DNA of 64,000 nucleotides from Octopus sinensis (Eukaryota). Location: positions 15,686,001 through 15,750,000 of the forward strand of contig NC_043017.1 of NCBI RefSeq assembly GCF_006345805.1, in the 5' to 3' direction. Made by a program: the position numbers and the translations under genes. The notes below the pieces were generated by a model. That model saw only the letters and a program-made list of their open reading frames with translations. It ran no database searches and had not been told where the DNA came from. Numbering within the stretch: position 1 is the stretch's first letter; each line of letters opens with the position of its first letter. Below are positions 1-12,777 of this stretch, piece after piece.

Positions 1-296
1 TAGAGTATACACGGTCGAATCCACAGTGTTAACTAATATAATAAATGGTAATACATTAGCTACAAGAAGATATGGGTATTAACTGTCTAACTTCACTAAC
101 GCCAAGCCAGCGGCCATCTAAAATATGGGAGGTCTTTCTGCCTCATGCTGTATTTCTGTTAAAAGTTATAAAAACGATGTCAGCCTGAAGACCGTAGACA
201 AGTTATTGTGATTCTCCTTTTGTCGTTTTCGCTGTCAGAAATGTGAAGTGAAGCAGAGATTGATTGATTGGCAACAACGACGCTATTGTACACCAC

Positions 297-331
<35 letters not shown>

Positions 332-342
332 GCGCGCGCGCA

Positions 343-382
<40 letters not shown>

Positions 383-410
383 TATCTTACCACTATGTAT
401 ATATGTATTT

Positions 411-600
411 TTTTTATTCTTTTACTTGTTTCAGTCTTGACTGCGACCATGCTGGAGCACTGCCTTGTAGGGTTTCAGTCGAAGAAATCGACTGCAGGAT
501 TGTTCCTGGTACTTATTCTATCGAGGTCTTTTGCCGAGCCGCTAAGTTACGGGGGACATAACTGCGACGAAGGGGAGAGGGGGACAAACACAGACACACA
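411..600 (-). mobile_element. SINE 3' half (tail ...gtgctccagcatggtcgcagtcaagactgaaacaagtaaaag)
   Basis: Same tail recurs at about 4410, 13830, 27345, 29745, 31200, 35398, 38890 and 41850. Confidence 0.75.
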
Positions 601-1029
601 CACACAACTATATACATATGTGTATGTATTATATATGTATAGTGTGTGATAAAACGGGTGATAATCCAAGCTGTGTCCTCGTGTATCTCATCTGCATGTT
701 CACAATAATCCAGTGGTTGTCTATGGATGATGTTCTTTTTTTTGTTTGTTTGTTCAAATGTGATATCCATAGCGACGGAGTAAAATAGAAGATATACAAT
801 ATATACACCGACAGACAGACAGACACTTACACACATACACTCACACATTCATACATTTTGTTGTCATTAATATCGGCAGAAGTTAAAGAGTGTCTGAAAG
901 GCCGAGAGTTTCGTCTGTTGGCAGATATCAAACTGCTTTTCAATCTAAGGGATTACATTTATAAAGCCATCATAATTAAATAAACCTACCATAAGTCACT
1001 CTATAGTTTCTGCTGATTATTGCACATAC

Positions 1030-1052
1030 AAATATATATGTATGTGTGGGTG

Positions 1053-1090
<38 letters not shown>

Positions 1091-1143
1091 CATATATATA
1101 TATGTATATATATATATGTATATATACACACATATATACACAT

Positions 1144-1189
<46 letters not shown>

Positions 1190-1196
1190 ATATATA

Positions 1197-1261
<65 letters not shown>

Positions 1262-1294
1262 GTGTGTATATATATATATATATATTATATATAT

Positions 1295-1329
<35 letters not shown>

Positions 1330-1330
1330 G
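1030..1330. repeat. degenerate (TA)n microsatellite
   Basis: Directly visible; source of the IY-repeat ORFs. Confidence 0.95.
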
Positions 1331-1684
1331 CGCGCGTGCGTGTGTGTAGAACAGGTTCTTCCAGATTCCCTCACAAGGCTTTGGGTGACCCGGAGTTATA
1401 GTGAACCCGGAATTATATGCTTCGGAAGAATTCTTACCACACAGCCACGCCTATGTAAATATATATGTGTGTATGCATCTCCCTGCTTCCTTTTCCTGAG
1501 CGCCTATTAATAATAATACTGTAATTGTTCCATTGTTGTTGTTTTTTTGTTTCCCGTTTGGATTAAAATTATATATATATATATATATATATACACAAAC
1601 ACTCACACATATACATATATATATTTATACTCATGTATCGAGTTATTTTCTTGTTTATATCAACAAACTTAGACGGACGGACTA

Positions 1685-2002
<318 letters not shown>

Positions 2003-2009
2003 TTGCAGA

Positions 2010-2200
2010 GTAGAATTCAGATTAAAACTGGCTTCTTAGTACCTCATGGATATTTAATTACAAGCCTTTAGTTCAAATCCCGCCGATGTCAACCTCTTTA
2101 ACCATTCATCTTCCATGGGAATCAATGAAATAAAATACCTGTCGTGTACTGGGGTCGACGTAATCAACTGGACCTCTACCCACCCCTTACTCTTCGTGTC
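2010..2200 (+). mobile_element. old tRNA-derived SINE with conserved central domain (Meta/MESC-like)
   Basis: B-box gttcaaatccc followed by a decayed gccgaggtcgac...actggggtcga core shared with many copies. Confidence 0.55.
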
Positions 2201-3339
2201 TTTATTAGAAATCATTATTTAACGGTTTTACTAACTTCCTTGTCTTACGAGGGATGAACGGCAAAGTAGAGAAACTTCAACGTGATTTGAACTCAGAACG
2301 TAAAATTGCCTTAACCTAAATTCGACAAATTAAGGAATTTCTTGATATTTCGTTGATGTGCTAAAAATAGCTGTCAAATGTCCTTCATACCTCATCTTAC
2401 AAAGAAAAAATACAGGTTGTGTAATGTCGTATATAGCCGCAAATGTCTGGATGGTCACCGTTGGAATGCCTTTAAATCATGTCAACTCGATTAGGGTTGA
2501 TCTGGGATTAAACAACAACAAATCGGGAGCCCCTGCGGAGTCATACCACCAGCTAGAAGTAGCAGCTAAATCTCCGTCATACCATCGCAACCATCCGACA
2601 ATGTAGAAGTAGACAGGATGGTCACGGTGGGAATACTTCAGGTTATAGGGTTTGACTAGATTGCTTTTGACAATAGGCCTGATAGAACAGTGTTGACCAT
2701 GGGCTAAACAACAGTAACAACTGCCATGTATTATCGCCACTACTTCAACGATTCGCCATTGGAATAGATTAGTGAAGGTGGATAGAGAGAGGGGGAGGAG
2801 AAAGAGAGGATAGTGTTACAATGAGAGGAGAGAGAGAGAGAGAAAGAAATATGAGTGATGATAGAGAGGAGGTGTGAGAGCGATATACAGAAAAATGTGT
2901 GTATGTGTGTGCATGTGTGTGTATGTAGAATGAGTATGTGTGAATGAGCGAAAGAAAGAGTGTGCATGTTTAAGAATGTGTGAGTGTGTGTGTGTGTGTG
3001 GGTGTGGGTGTGGGTGTGTGAGTGTACGGTGTAAGAGAGGAAGTGGAATGAATGAGTATGAGACAAGAGAGAAAGAAATATATACAAACAGAGAGGGAGA
3101 AACAGTAAGTGCGAGAGAGATACAGAGAAGGAGGAGCTGAGTAGGAGGATAAAAGAAAGAAGAAGAGAGCGACAGAGGGTAAGTTGCTGACTGCTTGGCT
3201 GTTCTAAATATTGCTGTTCCTCCCGCACTCGACAACCACCAGTCGTTGTCCTGAGATCTTGTATCAAAGGTTTGTGAAAACATGGCCATGTCATCTACGT
3301 ATGCATATATGTATGCATATATGCATGCATGCATGTATG

Positions 3340-3373
<34 letters not shown>

Positions 3374-3613
3374 GGTATGTATGCATGTATGTATGTACGT
3401 ATATGTATGTATGTACGTATATATGACATCTTCCTTTGAAATGATGTAGTTACTTTAGTTTATGACGATAATGATAGATAGACAGATAGATAGATAGATA
3501 GATAGATAGGTAGATAGATAGATAGATAGATAGACATACAGAATAATAGATAGATGGATAGAGAGAGAGAAAAAAAAGAGATAGATAGACAGATAGATAG
3601 ATAGATAGATAGA

Positions 3614-3953
<340 letters not shown>

Positions 3954-4409
3954 TATCCAAAAGCGAGGTTGCATATGAGGAATGCTGGAGAGGAACGGAA
4001 TTCCATAAATGGTAAGAAGAGACAGAGAGAGTTTGTGAGAGTGAGTGTAAGATTCTCTATCAACACCGTTGTATCACCGAAAACTATGTCACTGGATTGT
4101 TCGGCATTCCTAGCCTCATGACCTTTTACTTGCTTCATACTATAGAGTTGTTGCTATTGTTGTATAACCCTAGGTCAACACTGATGGAACAGATCAATAA
4201 TCAAAGTCTCTCCGGCCGTGACCATCTGATATATTTCCTTCAGACAATCGACTACATTATCCATTATGCCTTTCCATTTTTTTTTTAGCCTGTAGGATGA
4301 AGTTTGAGGAAGGTTTGGTTGTTATATTTAGCATGCGGGTGACCATGGGGAGGCTCCGTCATTGTCTCAGAAATTTTTTAAAAAGACAAAAAGGTTTTAG
4401 AATATGTTT

Positions 4410-5258
<849 letters not shown>

Positions 5259-5526
5259 CGAAAGACATTGCAAGTGAGAAAAGTCAATCGTAGAAGAGAA
5301 CAAATTTCGTTTTGTTATTGTTATTATTTAGCCCTCCCTGATCTGGGAAACCTATGATCAAAGGTATTCCAGCCGTGACTATCATAGGATATCTTGTATA
5401 TTGTAATGTCCAGACTGAAAATAATACCTCCGCCTTCGCTAAGGCGGAGGTAATAATTTCAAGGCTACGCAAACCGGTTGAGTTTGTATAGGGAGGCATT
5501 ACTTGAATTCTGTTTATCTGTCTATA

Positions 5527-5564
<38 letters not shown>

Positions 5565-5899
5565 TCAAATGACATAAGATAATAAGTATAGGCATTGAGC
5601 TTTGAAGCTGTCGAATTAGTGCCAAAGCTCCAACGTTCAGTGCAGGGATGTGAGATCTGCCTAAATAAGGATTGGCTTCTATCGGCAATGCATCGGTCGA
5701 ACTGGTGTAGATGTAACAGAAAGAAAGCATAAAGAAGCAGCCATCAAGTATCAAATCAATTTATAATATCTTTATATTAATACAGAACATTGAAGAGATG
5801 CAAATGTATATAGCAAGAAATGAGGACGAGAGCGGAATGTGAAAAATTCGTAATTGTTCAGAGGTAGAGAGGAAGACTCCGGGATAAAGTGCTTAGTTA

Positions 5900-6200
5900 A
5901 GCTGATCTCTGGTTTTGCAGGTAAATTCAAAGCCTTTCACTTTCTTCTGCTGATTGAGTGCTGAAGCTATTAAGTTATTGACACAGCGCTGTCGCATCTT
6001 CGGTGACGTCTGCGCTACGTCTCTGTATAGTAAAGACATTGTCGAGTCTAAAGTGGCGAAGAATGTTTTTGGCTTTCATCTTGGACGACGCATAACCCTC
6101 CAAATATTCACACTACGTCAGGTCTTGGAGAAATCGTAGGAAGATTGTCGAGCGGTGTAGGTTTGCTTTCGAGATTTTGAAAAGGCTTGTGACAGAGACG
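5900..6200 (+). pseudogene. RTE-clade LINE reverse transcriptase fragment
   Basis: Translates to DIVESKVAKNVFGFHLGRRITLQIFTLRQVLEKS*...CFRDFEKACDR, matching the RTE motif GFRxGRSTxDQIFTLRQxxEK...FxDxEKAYDR. Confidence 0.75.
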
Positions 6201-6761
6201 TTGACTGCCACAACCCAAAATGAAACCAAGGCGGCAGAGACTTAACATCGATCCAGACTGCTTAAGATATACATAGATAATTGTGTGTGTGTGTGTGTCT
6301 TCATAGAACCATTTATGTACCATACTTGATGCAGACAGAGATTGTGAACAGCAATTTTACTGATGGTATTCGTCTGGAGATAATATCGCCTGTGTCCTGT
6401 GCTTATTATAAACGCCAAACTATTATTAGAAGCAGACGAAAATGGCCGTCCATCAGCAGCGGCAGTGAGAACACTTGACGAGCATTTGTGCGTGAACGGA
6501 CGCGTAGCCAGAGCCAGCCGTATGCTGGAACAAAATCCATCGCTTCTGATACAGGAAAATCACTGGTGTTGCGATTAGCTGCCTGGCTATTGCGACCATC
6601 TTTTTATAACTACAAGCAAAACAAAATCCAGAAATGACGGCAGACGACTAAAGTACGTTTTAACCAATGAGCAAGGACTGCGGTTGTTTGTTTCGCTTAA
6701 GCATTTATTCCAAAACAATGGCAGCTACTTGCTTCAGTTCTCATATTATATTCTTTGATCG

Positions 6762-6762
<1 letters not shown>

Positions 6763-6816
<54 letters not shown>
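6763..6816. repeat. (GTT)n microsatellite
   Basis: Directly visible; gives the poly-V and poly-Q ORFs. Confidence 0.95.
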
Positions 6817-8076
6817 GCAGTAAACGTTCACAGTGCAATTGGATGCAGATCCGCAACAGTTCTTCGGGAGAACACTTCATTACTTTATGTTGATACAGAG
6901 CAAATACTCTGCACGGAACTCCGTATTCACCAGTAACAGTCGGGTGTATAACTGCACCCAGGAAACAATGTGTGTGTGTGTGTGTGTGTGTGTATCTATA
7001 CGTATATACATATGTAAGTACACACATATATATATATACACACCCATATATACACACGCACCATCATATACACACGTTTCATGTAGAAGGAACCTCCCAA
7101 CCAGTTTTAAATACAATATCAACATTTTCGTTTATGATGAATCTCTCCAGATTCCTGACAAGATGGCGTTTCTGCAAACTGTGGACATCGATGTCGTTCG
7201 TATTGGCTTCGATCTGTCGCTGAAGTGACATGACAGAAGATTTGACTAGAAATGGAAAGTATTGACGGGGTGGAAGAGCGGAGGGCGGCGGGGATTATGA
7301 GGGTATGTGGTGGTGGACGTGCGGAGGGGCATGTTGGGTGGCGAGTGGGACACTGCTTCGGACAAAACGACCAGGATTGTGATTTGTGGGAATGGGGATT
7401 AACCTAAGGAACAAGACACGACAATAAGACGGAGGATGTTGCTGCTGCTGCTGATGATGATCATCATCATGATCCTGATCATGAGAAAGAGGAGGAGGAG
7501 GACGACGACGACCACGACGACAAGTGAATGAGGATGTTAGCGATGTTGACGATATTGGTGATGGTGACAATGGTTGCGGCGGCGATGGTGACACAAGCGG
7601 TGGGGGTGTTGACGAGAGTAGTGATGGCATCAATGGCTTCTATAAAACTGACGATGATATGGTGTTGGTGGTAGTCTGTGCGTATGCATGTGGGGGGGGG
7701 TGAGGAAGAGAGAGAGAGACTGATAGACAGACAGGGAGTGAGAGGAAGGAAGAATGTGTGTGCGTGTGTGTGCTCATGTTGTGCTTGAGAAATTGTGTGT
7801 ATGTGTGTAAAAGCAAAGTTGCATAGCGTGTGTGAAGGAGAGAGGGAGAAAAAAGGAGAGACCCAGAAAGCGAGAGAGAGAAAGAGAGAGACAGACAGAC
7901 AGACAGAAAGAGAGAAAGAGACAAAGAATATATGTCGTGTGTATGGAAGTGTGTGTTTGTATGAGAGACAGTGTGTCTGTACGTGTACGTGGGTAGGTGT
8001 ATGCGTGAGAAATAGTACATTCACATGACTATTTATGAATGAGAGAGAAAAGCGAGATAGTAAATGTGAGTAGATA

Positions 8077-8107
<31 letters not shown>

Positions 8108-8451
8108 TTGTGTGCATCTTTGTGGACGCGCGCGAGTCACGGATATTGTTTATGTGTGTAAGAGAGTTGGCCAATCAGCTGTTTACAAAACTGTGCACGT
8201 GTGTAGGGATATATGCTTATGTGTGCATTGTTGCATATGTATACAGACACATATGAGTTTGTATGTCAGTAGACTTGTATGCACGGCAAGCGGCAGAAAC
8301 GTGTGACTCTCAAAAGACAAAAGATCACTTGCGGAAGCAATGGCTTTTGCGGTATTTGTAAACAGTACTTGTTTATGAAAATTACAGTATTTACTTCAAG
8401 CATCCTGGCGATGTAAAGATAGAAATATATTTTATAGAAAATTCCATTATA

Positions 8452-9490
8452 TTGGGTCGTCAAATAAAACATTTGTAGTAAGGTATGTGGTAAACTTTGA
8501 TAGCTGCTCGTTTTGCGCCGTTATTATATTTTGACAATATTTTTTTGTTAGAAAACTAATACATTTATTTCTTTATTCTAACTCATTTTGCGCTTTATAA
8601 AGTATTTATAAATTGTTTTTTGCTATTTTTGTTTAGAGATGGATAAGTCGGAAACTCGTACAGTTTTGAAATATGAGTTCTTTCTTGGAAATACAGCATC
8701 ACAGACAGCAAATAATATTGACTCACCTAGTTCTAATCGGTAAAGTGAAAAAGTTAAATAAGTGGGTTCCACATGAACTCAATGAAAATCAGAAACAGCA
8801 ACGTTTGGAAGCCTGCATTATGCCACTTTCTCACCACAAAAGTGAATCATTTTTGAATCGAATTGTAACATGTGATGAGAAATGGATCCAATACAACAAC
8901 TGTAAACGTTCAGCACAATGGTTGGACAAAGACGAACCACCAAAACACAATCCAAAAAAGCAAAATTCCTCAAAAGAAGCCGATGGTGTATGTTTGGTGC
9001 ATTATGATTTCATTAAACCTGGCTCACCAATCACAGCCGAAGTATACTGCAGCCAAGTGGACCAAATAATGCAGAAACTTACAAAAAAAAATCAGCCTAG
9101 ATTAGTCAATAGATCAACTCCTATCTTACAGCAAGACAACTCCAGACAACACATCGCAAAAATGACATTGGCGAAACTACAGGAGTTGGAGCTGGAAGTT
9201 CTCCACCATCCACCATAATCACTGACAACCACTTCTTCCAGAATTTGGATAACTTTTTGATAGGAAACAATTTTAATTCCGACGATACTGTAAAACAGGC
9301 TTTCCAAGATTTTGTTGACTCTAGATTGCCAAGCTTTTACAGTTCCGGGCTGGACAAAAATGGCAAAAGTGTATTGACAATATGGGTGCATACTTTGATG
9401 AATAAAACTATTCCTTGTATTTATAAGACAATAGCAAACTTTTTTCCCCTTTTTTCCCCTTTTTTATAAATTTCATACTTGACGACCTAA
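8452..9490 (+). mobile_element. mariner DNA transposon (Hsmar1/cecropia-like), internally deleted, pseudogenised
   Basis: TIRs ttgggtcgtcaa / ttgacgacctaa with TA on both sides. Transposase motifs MDKSETRTVLKYEF, KWVPHEL, IVTCDEKWIQY, LQQDNSRQH, LHHPP. Confidence 0.92.
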
Positions 9491-9559
9491 TAACACACTG
9501 AATAATGATGGTTTCAAATTTCAGCACATTGCCAATAGGTTTTTTTTTAAGGCAAAGGG

Positions 9560-10045
9560 GAAATCGATAACATCTAGCGCAAAATAATTTGATAAGCTCA
9601 GAAAATATAAAGATTTGCTAATCGAAATCGAAAACATGTGGCATCTCAAGACGATTATAATACCAGTAATTGAAGGAGCACTTGGAATGATGAAAAGAGG
9701 AAATGAAAATTATCTTAAGGATGATCCCTGGCTCACCATCCATGCAGGAAGTGCGAAAGATTATCAATACGTCACACGTGAGAATAGCATTGTCGCTGTG
9801 AATTTTTCTTTCCTTTTTGTTTTCTTTTTTCTCATTTTTCTTTCTTTTTTTTACCTTTTGCCTTTTTTCTTTCATACATTTTATTTTTTATATCACATAA
9901 CTTGACTTTAAAGATGAAAACAATCTGATGTGTTTATTTTAATGGCCTACCAATTTACTCAGTGAGTTTCTTTGCCCTAGGTGTCGGGAAGACACTCGGC
10001 AAGAATTGGAAACAGAATTGAAAGAAGAAGAAAAAAATAATAATA
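9560..10045 (+). mobile_element. 5'-truncated R4/Dong-like non-LTR retrotransposon, 3' end (RLE endonuclease C-terminus, 3' UTR, (TAA)n tail)
   Basis: DKLRKYKDLLIEIENMWHLKTIIIPVIEGALG matches the R4/Dong RLE motif KYxDL...IPxVxGALG. The downstream ~150-200 nt recur inverted at 38060-38262. Linking the UTR to this ORF is inferred from contiguity. Confidence 0.7.
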
Positions 10046-10057
10046 GTTATAATAATT

Positions 10058-12180
10058 AAGAAATACCAGGATCTAGGCTGAGAACAGAGGAGGGTGTGGA
10101 AGAAAACAATTGTTCCGGTAGTAATTAATGCACTTAGCACAACACCCAAAATGGCACAACACCCAAAATGGCACACACCCAAAATGGCACAACACGCAAA
10201 ATGGCACAACACGCAAAATGGCACAACACGCAAAATGGCACAACACGCAAAATGGCACAACACGCAAAATTGCACAACACCCAAATGGCACAACACGCAA
10301 ATGGCACAACACTCAAAATGGCACAACACCCAAAATGCACAACAAACACGCAAAATGGCACAACACCCAAAATGGCACAACACCCAAAATGGCACAACAC
10401 GCAAAATGGCACAACACGCAAAATGGCACAACACGCAAAATGGCACAACACGCAAAATGGCACAACACCCAAAATGGCACAACACGCAAAATGGCACAAC
10501 ACCCAAAATGGCACAACACGCAAAATGGCACAACACCCAAAATGGCACAACACGCAAAATGGCACAACACGCAAAATGGCACAACACGCAAAATGGCACA
10601 ACACGCAAAATGGCACAACACGCAAAATGGCACAACACCCAAAATGGCACAACATGCAAAATGGCACAACACGCAAAATGGCACAACACCCAAAATGGCA
10701 CAACACGCAAAATGGCACAACACGCGCAAATGGCACAACACGCAAAATGGCACAACACCCAAAATGGCACAACACCAAAATGGCACACACACGCAAAATG
10801 GCACAACACCCAAAATGGCACAACACGCAAAATGGCACACACCCAAATGGCACAACACCCAAATGGCACAACATGCAAAATGGCACAACACGCAAAATGG
10901 CACAACACGCAAAATGGCACACACGCAAAATGGCACAACACGCCAAATGGCACAACACGCAAAATGGCACAACACCCCTAAAATGGCACAACACGCAAAT
11001 GGCACACACGCAAAATGGCACAACACGCAAATGGCACAACACGCAAAATGGCACAACACGCAAAATGGCACAACACGCAAAATGGCACAACACACCAAAA
11101 TGGCACAACACGCAAAATGGCACAACCGCAAAATGCACAACACGCAAAATGGCACAACACGCAAATGGCACAACACCCAAAATGGCACAACACGCAAAAT
11201 GGCACAACACGTGTGCACACGCAAAATGGCACAACACCAAAATGGCACAACACCCAAAATGGCACAACACGCAAATGGCACAACACGCAAAATGGCACAA
11301 CACGCAAAATGGCACAACACCCAAAATGGCACAACACGCAAAATGGCACAACACGCAAAATGACAACACGCAAAATGGCCAACACGCAAAATGACACAAC
11401 ACGCAAAATGGCACAACACCCAAAATGGCACAACACGCAAAATGGCACAACACGCAAAATGGCACAACACCCAAAATGGCACAACACGCAAAATGGCACA
11501 ACACGCAAAATGGCACAACACGCAAAATGGCACAACACGCAAAATGGCACAACACGCAAAATGGCACAACACCCAAAATGGCACAACACGCAAAATGGCA
11601 CAACACGCAAAATGGCACAACACGCAAAATGGCACAACACCGCAAAATGGCACAACACGCAAAATGGCACAACACCCAAAATGGCACAACACGCAAAATG
11701 GCACAACACGCAAATGGCACAACACGCAAAATGGCACAAACCAAATGGCACAACACGCAAAATGGCACAACACCCAAAATGGCACAACACCCAAAATGGC
11801 ACAACACGCAAAATGGCACAACACGCAAAATGCACACACGCAAATGGCACAACACCCAAAATGGCACAACACCCAAAATGGCACAACACGCAAAATGGCA
11901 CAACACCGCAAAATGGCACAACACGCAAATGGCACAACACGCAAAATGGCACAACACCCAAAATGGCACAACACGCAAAATGGCACAACACGCAAAATGC
12001 TAACTAAAAGACTGAAAGAGACTAGAATTGAAACTTGCATTGTTGACCTGCAGAAAAGTACCATTCCATATTCAGCAAGAATCCTAAAAAAGTGTCTTGA
12101 GATTTGAGGAGACTCAGGAGTCACCTGACCTCAAGAAAAAACACCTGCGAAATTAGCATAACGATGATAATAATAAATAA
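10058..12180 (+). mobile_element. second 5'-truncated R4/Dong-like element, interrupted by a minisatellite
   Basis: Left flank KKYQDLG*EQRRVWKKTIVPVVINALSTTPK and right flank MLTKRLKETRIETCIVDLQKSTIPYSARILKKCLEI* join into one RLE C-terminus; TAA repeats on both sides. Confidence 0.8.
10137..11999. repeat. 17-bp minisatellite gcacaacac(g/c)caaaatg, about 110 units
   Basis: Directly visible; 1863 bp; G and C variants and many 1-2 nt indels. Confidence 0.98.
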
Positions 12181-12552
12181 TTCTTTTATTGGCCACAAGG
12201 GCTAACATAAAAGCAACATGGAATTACAAAACAGAACGATATAAAGGGTTTTAGAGCGTGTAAATAAAATAAAGAAAAAATAACAAATAAAACTCCCAAT
12301 AGGAGGCGCTTTAAGGCTACTCGTAGAAAACCCCACAAAAGCAAGACAAGAGCCCTTCTTTTATTTTACACAGGCGCATACTCAAAACGGGTCCTTTCAT
12401 ATTGGCCATTTTTCCAACATTCACCCATCTTTCAACAAATTTGCTAGAAAGCAACAACCTGAAAAGTTGATGAGGGCTTGACCAAAGAGGAAAGTGTCTG
12501 TCTGTAGCCCTTTCAAACGTGTCCACCACACAACCTGTTTTGCTACAGCCAA
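12181..12552 (-). mobile_element. Tx1/L1-like LINE 3' end, 5'-truncated
   Basis: LAVAKQVVWWTRLKGLQTDTFLFGQALINF / LLSSKFVERWVNVGKMANMKG resembles a Tx1-type ORF2 C-terminus; 3' end ...cttgtggccaataaaagaa. Confidence 0.6.
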
Positions 12553-12564
12553 ATAATAATAATA

Positions 12565-12777
12565 ATCTTTTCTGCTAAAGGCACAAGGCTTGAAATTTGG
12601 CAGAGGAATCTTGTCAATGACATCGATCCCAGAACCCAACTAGTACTTAATCTATCGATCCCGAAAAGAAGAAAAGCAAAGTCGACCTCAGTGGAATTTG
12701 AACTCAGAACCTAAAGACAGACGAAATGCCACTAAGCATTTTTCCAGCGTGCTAACGATTCTGCCACCTTGCCGCCT
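12565..12777 (-). mobile_element. tRNA-derived SINE, Meta/MESC-like core, tail ...agccttgtgcctttagcagaaaagattatt
   Basis: Head aggcggcaaggtggcagaatcgttagc, B-box gagttcaaattcc, conserved core. Confidence 0.75.

Noticed and set aside
5284-5754. 156-aa ORF with a signal-peptide-like start (MLSFCYIYTSSTDALPIE)
   Set aside because: It runs through a (CA)n tract and an old SINE tail; no convincing splice donor or recognisable family.
7270-7700. Acidic/Gly-rich low-complexity reading frames
   Set aside because: They derive from mixed trinucleotide repeats with stops in alternative frames and no exon boundaries.
10137-11999. CRISPR-like array
   Set aside because: The units are directly adjacent with no unique spacers, and the context is eukaryotic.
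9955-12124. Long ORFs of about 190-614 aa on both strands (KMAQHAKWHNTQNGTTR and VVPFCVLCHFACCAILR repeats)
   Set aside because: The 17-bp unit has no stop codon in any frame, so long ORFs arise automatically. There is no evidence of coding function, and the Cys/His richness is not a metallothionein signal.
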